From a virus (taxonomy: Duplodnaviria; Caudoviricetes): a DNA stretch of 55,024 nt. The stretch lies in IMG/VR virus record IMGVR_UViG_3300032285_001218, positions 1-55,024 of that record, one strand, 5' to 3'. Below, one piece after another: positions 29,301 to 38,300 of the stretch. A program made the translations under genes and the position numbers. Below the pieces are notes generated by a model. It saw nothing but the letters and a program-made list of their open reading frames with translations. It searched no databases and had not been told where the DNA came from. Each line of letters opens with the position of its first letter. Within the stretch, counting starts at the first letter, position 1.

Positions 29301-32300
29301 CAACAGTTGATAGTAGTTGCACAATATTGCCACCACGGATACTGTGAGTAAAATGTAATGTACCATTTGGTTCACTATCAGCAGGAGCACTGATAGTTAA
29401 AGTTGTTCCGTTTACGTTTCTTACTACTGTCTGGCCTGATGTAAATCCAGTTCCTACAATAATCATCCCAGCTTCAATACTAGTAGTATCCGCTACTTTA
29501 AGTGTTGTAGTAGAATAGTTTGTAGAAGCATCGTAGTTAGAATCAACTCCTCCCGATGTAGTAGGATACACAACAGAAACTTCTGGATTATTTTTGTATA
29601 TGCTAAAAGAATAAGACAACTGATCTAGTACTGCTTCGTGAGTTTCTATATTATGGATTATATGATAGATATTAATTTCGGATCCAATTGGCCATGTTGT
29701 GGGTAAAGAATCTGCTGCATTTGATGGGAAAGTATGTGTTCCTGCACTAACTGTAATAATATAATCGTCAAATTCTGCATCAACTGAATCCCATTTATCT
29801 GTAAAATACGGCAGCACGCCCCAGCCTGTGCTTATTTCAAAGCCAAGACCAGTGACAACAACGCCGCCATAATCTATTCCAGTCATTAACTGACTTAAAT
29901 CATTTCCAATATTGCCTTCTTGAGGATTATAAAAATAATTAATACGATCGGCAGCATTCAACAAAGATGTATTTTTCTTATAAGTTACAGAGATGTTACC
30001 GGTTGGTGCAGAATCAAAAGTAATTAATCCAGAATATTTTGTACTGTTGCCTGTCTTGGTAGACACAACTGATAACTTATAGGAATCTCGCAGAGCTGCT
30101 ACTCCTGAAACAGTAACAGTCGATGACCCAATTGTGTTATCAGGCGCCCATGTTAAAGGAAATTGTAGACGAGAACCGTTAGGACTAAACGATTCAGTTT
30201 CTTCCAAATGTGTTACATAGTAAGAATGAGTTATTCTGTCAAATTTTATTTGGATTAAATTTGATCTCGGTAAGCCTTTACCTATAACTGCAATCACTTG
30301 GGCTGGAGTTCCAGTTGCAAGTATTCCGCCATCAATAACAATTGTAGGTGCTGACAAATATCCGCTACCAGGATTTAGTAAAACAATACGATTGATTATT
30401 CCATTAGAGAAAAATGCTCTAGCAGTGGCTCCGGATCCAGAATCGCTTACAATACGAACAACCGGTTCGGTGATATATCCGGAACCGCCGTTGATAATTT
30501 TTAATTGGGTAATAACAAATCCTAAATTATCAACCCAATTTTTCCAAGGATAAGAATTGAAGGCAGAATCAAGTGTTACTAACGATCCGTGATTTACATA
30601 TGCATCCATTGTTACTATTTTATTATCTCTATAACGTGGAGGTAAATCAAAATCTGATATTAAAGTACTACTTAAATCTGTATTTTGATAAGAACTTACA
30701 TATTCTCTAATTTTTGTTTTGTAAGGTTTAACTTCAGCAATGTATTCTTGATAATCAGATAAATTATCATTTTTGTAAGTGACCGGCTGATTTAACAATC
30801 CTACATTATGTCGAGCTTTAATAAAACTTGATTTAAAAATCCAATCAAGATAAATTTGTTCACTGAGTGCATAGCGAACAGTTGTGAAGAATAAATTTAA
30901 ATAAGTTGCTTTTAATTCGTCTATTAAAATGTTGTCTTTTAGTGCATTTAAAATAATACGCAATTCAGTAGTAGGTGCATTATCAAATACTGCGCCATCG
31001 TATGTTGAACCATCATACCCTTCATCAGTACTAACAGATTCGTAAATAGATGAATTAAACTGTATAGTTCCGTTTCCTATTCCAACAATATTATAAGATC
31101 TGGTATAATCAAACAAATCATTATTAGCATATTTCTCTATAACCAACCAATTACCAGAACTTGGATTGCGTACTTTAACTAGCTGACCTATTTCTACAGT
31201 TATAGAACTTAATTCTGCTAGTGTGTCAACTGCATGATCAACTGCTGTAAATTGATTATACCCTGTGGCAAACCAATCAACATACGACCAGTATTTTTGT
31301 GTGTTGTAAGTTTGAGATTGTAATCTAGACCATACCTTTTCAGTTGGTTCGTAACTATATAGTGCCCACGTTCCTTGAGCTTGACTGTCACTGTATACTA
31401 ATACAGAATAATCTCGAACAGTTGCAATAGTATTATTATCATATCCTTCGCCAGCTGATAATACTGTTACACCAGTTATTTGTCCAACAGAATTAATTAT
31501 AGCACGTACTTTGGCGCCAATGCCTGAACCAATAATGTTTATATAAGGTGCTTGCAAATAACCACGTCCGGCAAATTGAATATCTAAACCCGTTATCTTA
31601 CCATCAACTATTATAAGATTTCCAAATACTGGTCGTTTATAACCGCCAGCATTTACAAATCTCAATTCAGCATCAGTATTTTCTATGCTGTCATAAAGAC
31701 CCGTGATTAAACTTGGCGGAGTATCGTAAAGTTTTAATTTAGATATGTCTCGAGTAGTAACAATTTGTTCTTGTTTTAATGTTAAATTGACTTGTTCAAT
31801 AAATTGTTTTAGTGCTTCAAATCGATTAACAAACATACTTTGTCGAGGACGATTTTCAATACCGTATCGCAATTTAGGAGGTAACGATATATCTGGGACT
31901 TCTCTACCAGCTAAATCTTTTCCGCATAAGCTATCAAACCATTTTAATTCAACGCTACCAGGTAAAACTGTATTGGCATCATTATTAATAATTTTCCACT
32001 GGCTGTGTACGTTGATATCATTTTTATCAATAGTCCAATATTCAACAGACAATACAACTTCTGTATCTTTCAAATATTGCTTTGCATTAACTAGACTAAA
32101 CGAGTTAGTTCCTGTTAGTGCTAGATAAGCATACCCTTGGCCTCTTGGATTTTCTATTAGGCTTGCGACGGCTTGTGCAGATAAGTATCGACCAGATACA
32201 TTAGGAATAGTTTTTTTATTTTTAACCCAGTAATAATACGTATTTTTAAATGACTGACTAATAGAATCATAACGTTGTCTTAATGCGTATACACCATTTC

Positions 32301-35300
32301 CGTATAGTGATGTTCCACTGATCCCAGCGGCAATACCTGCTTCAGTATCGGCTATTTTATTCCATGCATCAGGAAGAAGTGTAGTTTCGACCCATTCATA
32401 GATATCAACACTTGCACCCGTTGCCAAAGTATTCCATGTATTGGTTCTATACATTACATCCGAATCATAACTATTAATAAATTTAGCGGTCCTCAAATCC
32501 CACCATAGTCTACCAACTTGTGATTTGTTCCACGGAGAGTCTGCATCAACATTGACATTTTCTGTTCCTACTGAATAAATTGCAGGATCATAAAATGATT
32601 GATATTTGATTTCTTCAGCAGCCGGGCCAGCTGGTCTTCCTTGTGCAACATCAATTATGTCAAGATAAGTTATTAATTTACCTGATACTCGATTATATAA
32701 AAAGGCTTTTCTAATTTTATTCACATCAGGTTTAGCAACTTCTTGATATTTGATTGACCAGCTACTAGTCGACGGTGGTTTTAAATAGTCTAAAACTTTT
32801 CCTGAAACTAAATTACGATCCAATGCATAAGGTGCACCTACTACAACCCTGTCATTACCTACCGCAAATCCAATACCATATCCATCACGAGCAGTTAATG
32901 TATTATTAAGAGTTTCGCTGTATACCCATTTGCTTGAATATCTATCATAGATATCAATGCGGCCGCTATCCACATTAGTAGAGACAAATCGTGTAGAATC
33001 CTTGTCAAATGTAGTAGCGTATTCATTTCTACCCGATATCGGGTCTTTTACATATGACGATGTTAGTATATTGTTGTTCTCATCTAAATATGAAAAAGTT
33101 GGCAATGTAGTTGCATACTGATCCAACGATGTTTTTATAACAGTATCTTCGTATGAACTATACACAACAAGTGTGTTACTACCGTTCATAAATGCAACTC
33201 TGCTACCAAAGTATCCAGATTCTTCTGCTTTGTGATTTACTAATTCTTGATAAGATACATATCCAGATGTTGTCTTTTTATATACAGTAACATTACCTTG
33301 AAATTGTTTATTGCCAGATGCCAGACTATCACCTACAGCAAGATAAGATGCATCGGTTGATAGTGCAATTGTTTTGCCGAAACTTGTAGTAGTACCTTGC
33401 AATGTTTGTTGTGTTGGAATTGTTCCAGGATTAGTAATAATAATAATTTTTCCGTTAGTTACTCCGTTATTTGATACTATTACTAAAGTATTATTATCAG
33501 AACTAATAGCTAAAGGACTTCCTAAATTGGCGCCAGCAGCAGGGCCTTCGTATGTTTCTTCTTTATCGTATCCCCAGCCAGTAAATGAAAAACTAATTTT
33601 TCCGCTCGGAGTACTATCAGCAGGAGCACTAATAGTTAAAGTAGTTCCATTCAATACTTCTAACACAGTTTGTCCGCTCGTAAATCCTTCGCCGCTAATA
33701 GTCATACCTGGTAAAATGCCAACAGTTGGATTAAAAGGAGACGGGACAGCTAATGTTGGAATATCTTTTGATAATGCAAGAGTAGTAGATGAGCTACCAA
33801 CTGGATTATAATATGCAGTTTTGTAAACTGTTGTAGTATATTTCAGTTTATAAACTTTTCCTGCATTATTATTATAACCAGATGCAGTAACATATAATAC
33901 GTTATCACCAAATACTAAATTAGAACCAAAGTGTTCATAGTTAGCAGGACTTGGACTAACAATAGAATGTACTATTGTGAATATATTATTTGAATCTTTT
34001 TTGTATAGTGAAATTACACCTTGTTCAACTAGACCGCTATCTTGTCCCGGAATAAGAGTCACTGGAACATACAGTAATTTTTTCCAAATACTACCATCAC
34101 TAAATGTAGTAGACGGAGTAGATGTAAGAGCTTGATAATAGTAAGTATCTTCAGAATTATATACAATATCTCCCAGTACGTAAGGACTTGTTGATGTAAT
34201 ACGTGTATATACATTGCTGGCTAATTTAGATCCAGTTGCTAACCATTTACCATCAGGAGAAATAGCAGTTACAGTGGCAATATTTTTAGGCAAGTTACCT
34301 GCTGGGCCATCTATTGTTCCAGTATTAGGAGCACTTGAAATATAAGGACGCTGTATGTTTTGTCGTTGTAGCCATGGCGATTTATAACCAGCCTTATCCC
34401 AAGTTTGCAATTCTCCTAAATTTGTAGAAATTGCAACTAGTGTACCTTGTTGATTAGATGCAATATAGCGGCCATAATTTAATAAATTTGCAGGACTTGA
34501 ATTTGTTAATTCAGTTGTTTCATAAATTGGTGTGTATTCCCACGATGCCCACTTGCCGGTCCCAGTGTTGTCGGTCCATATTTGTTCGCCTAATTCTAAA
34601 TTAGAAGTAATAGATTGATCAATATCATCAATTGATGATAATCGACGACTGATCAATACATTTACATTTATTTTAAGTACTAACGATGGAACAACTTGTT
34701 GGCTCCATCCCTTGATAGTGGTTGAAATAGTAAATTTATTTTGAGATACCGATGTAATCTTATAGAATCCGTTCAGCAAAGTGACTTGAGATAGACCAAT
34801 ATATTCGCCAACTTTTAATGTCAGTAATTCAGTTGTAGTTATTGTTAGTGTTGTAGATGCAGAATCATACTGGAGATCGTTTACGCTAATATTAGAATTA
34901 GTAAATTGATAAACATTCCAATCATTTTTTTCAAAAGTTACCCATATATAACATTTATTAGTAAATGTCGTAATATCGTAAGATGTTATATCATTAATAT
35001 TTTTTAAAATTAAAAATACTTCTGCAGATCTTACATATCCAGAACTTCTTAAAAATGGTCGATAATTGCTAATCACCGGCCATGGGTTATTATTATAACC
35101 CATAGGTTTTAAATATACTTGATTTGTATTTTGCCTTATAATAAAGTCAGTAAAATTATTTGTTGTATCTGATAATTCATAACCCTGTGGGTTGTTTTTA
35201 ACTAATGATTCATCTAAAATAAATTCTACATTATCAAACGCAGAACTTGCTCCGTATTGCCCTGCACGAAGTGCCCATTCTTCGTAGAATGTTAAACTAT

Positions 35301-38300
35301 CTTGTCCTTCTGCGCTTAATACATCAAACAATTTATTAAGACTGTTTTGCGTGCCTTTTTCAATTATCATTCCTTGGTAAAATTTAAATTCACTGACATC
35401 GTTTTGAATAATATTTTCAAGGTACTGTCGTTTTTGATAACCAATTAAATGTTGCGCCATTTTTTGCTGACCGGCATCAAAATTATCACTGTCAAGGCTG
35501 TAAAAATCTTCAAATTGTGCCGCTTTGTAAGACCAATTAGGCAGAAGTTGTGTAGACGGCTTTTTATCAAGTTTAATCCAATCTTTATCTACAAATGTTT
35601 GCGAGCCCACTAAAAATTTACTTGCGGTATAGAAGAATTGCTTATACTTAACAATATCTCCTAAATCGTAATCTTGCCAAGGTATCCAGTTCTGAATATT
35701 TGCAACGTCAAGAATAAATCCTGGTATGTCAAGACCTCCGTACCATTCGTTACTAACGTATCCAGAAACTTTAATTCTATCTTGTTTATAACCAGTTGAT
35801 GGACTGTAGATAGTATCATTAAACATTGTTGAATTATCTAACAACACAACATGCTCATGTTGTATTAGATAAAAACTTGCACCGTATATACCGTCACTAG
35901 TACGAGAACTATAACTTACTGCATTATCTTCTCTATAAGAATTAATAAGAATTGCTTCTAACGGAGTCCCATCAGCTTTAAAAATTTCATAGCCATTAAA
36001 TGGATTTCTAATGTCATCAATAACACATAAGTTTGCATTAAATATTATCTTGTCTGCTGCTGGACTGAGACTAATTACTGGGCTGCCTACGCTACTTAAT
36101 CCGTCAAGTTTAACAAACGATTCTTCATTAAATATTGGATTGGCTTCTACTTTTTTAAGGGCTTGGTAATAATCGCCATTATACTTAACAACATTGCCGT
36201 ACTCAATTGCATCCATTGGATTCCATTCCGTCCAGTGCTCTTGGCCAGTAGCCCAATTTTGTGTAGTCCAGAATAAAAATTCTTTAGCTGATGTTTCCCA
36301 GTTAGTAACTGCATTTAAAGTTGTATTAAAATCATCAAATATAAATCCTTGATCTTTTAACCATTCTCCGTACCCTGTTAGAAAATCAACAACTTCTTGA
36401 GTAGATCTGAATCTAGTTCCATATGGGATAGTAATTGCAAATTCCTTGTCCCATGTTTTTCGCAATGTAGCGTCACGTCCTCCAATAATAGGCAACGATG
36501 GTAGTAATTTAAAATTATTAGCATTAAAACTACCAGCTGATAGATGAGATATAGTTGTTCTATAAAATTTATTTGCAAATTTAACTACTTTTCCTGCAAC
36601 ATAATTTTGATTAGAATCCCAATTAGTAAAACTTTCTGATATGCCGCCTACATTTATTGTTATTCCAGATTGTAAAAAATTATATGTTTTAAAATATGGT
36701 TGTGTTTTGCTGTAACCTTTTACTTCATATTCAGTGTTAGATATTTTAGTTATAATAACTCCGCTATAAGTAATTTTACGAACAGGGCTAGAAATATTTA
36801 AAATAGTAGTATAATTTTCTGGAGGGACAAATACATTACCTGCCGATAACGGAGTTTTTGAATCTAATAATAAATTAAATTTTTCTTTACTTGTAAATGC
36901 ACCGACACGATAACTTAATTGTGTTTTGATATTCAATAAATCATATTGGTAATCGGCGTAAGATTTTAAATTATCACTTAAAATATAATTTGCAATATAA
37001 TTTATAATACCTGAAGTTTGTGTTCGTGTTGTACTTGAATAGATACTAGGAAATGTAATATCAGCTGGTGTAACACGAAGTCCAGTATCTTTATAAACCA
37101 TCTGTCCAGTAAGATTTCTTACAATCCTAGATCTATCAAGTAGTATGCCAAATGTCTTTGATGGAGTTAATAGCATTGAAGTTAATATGACACTAAATGC
37201 ATAATGGCTACTACGTCTCCATGTAGATTCAACAGGGCTTATATCTCCAAATATAAAACCGTCAGTAGGTCTAGAAGTTAACGGACTACTAGATAATCCT
37301 GAAGCAAGCGGGCTAATAAGGTTTCCAAATTCGTCAACCGGAATGTGCTTCATCAAGAAAGGTTTTGCATACTTTTTTATATAAGTTGCAGGCAGACCGG
37401 GCCGGCGAACTGCGCCATCTGCAATATCTTGCCACATTACACGGTTGTCGCTAGTGTATGGCGCTGGGCCGTATACTTCTTGCCACCATAATGGTTCAAT
37501 AGTAAAACCAAGCATCTCCCACGGACACAACTGCGGGCGTTCTGTATCTAAAATCCAATAGTATATGCCTCTCCAATATCCTGGAAGATTGCGGGCGTCG
37601 GGGGCAGTGTGCCCTGTATAGTTAAATGTAAAAGAATCGTCTTTATTGTAACCAATAGGTTTTGTAAAATCTTTGTCAATTAAACTTGACCATTTATAAA
37701 AATTTGGGCCAAGGACTTCGTTAAATTCAGTTAAACTATAGTCTGTTGTCCTGTTATAGCTAGGAATAACATCTGCAATATCAAATATAGTAGTGTCGTA
37801 AGAAATTTTTATATTATTAAAAATACGTTTTTCTAACTCTAATATTATATCATCTCTGTAATCATTATAAGCTAGTATCTGACTACCGTCATGTCCTTGT
37901 ATCATCATACGAGGTGTTCGGAGACTAGTATCAAGATATAGTTTAGGTTCGTATTTTGGCCACATGCCTAATTTAGTAGGAGTTTCAGGGATAAAACTAC
38001 CATCAGTGCTATCATATTCGTAAATTGAAACAATATCATTTTCTGATAAGTTAGCAGAAATATTTACAAACCCTTGACTATCAAATGTATAATCTTTTGC
38101 ATATATTAGTTGTACACCGTTTAAATATACGCCAACTGCTTTATTAGATAATTCATCTAAATTAAATGAATTAGTAAGAGGGTAATATTTTACTCTGCTA
38201 TCTATTACAGTAATATTATTTTTAATACTTGCACGATAGGGAACCATATCACTAAAATAATATGGAATATTATTAGGTTTATCTTTATTAATTTCGGCTA

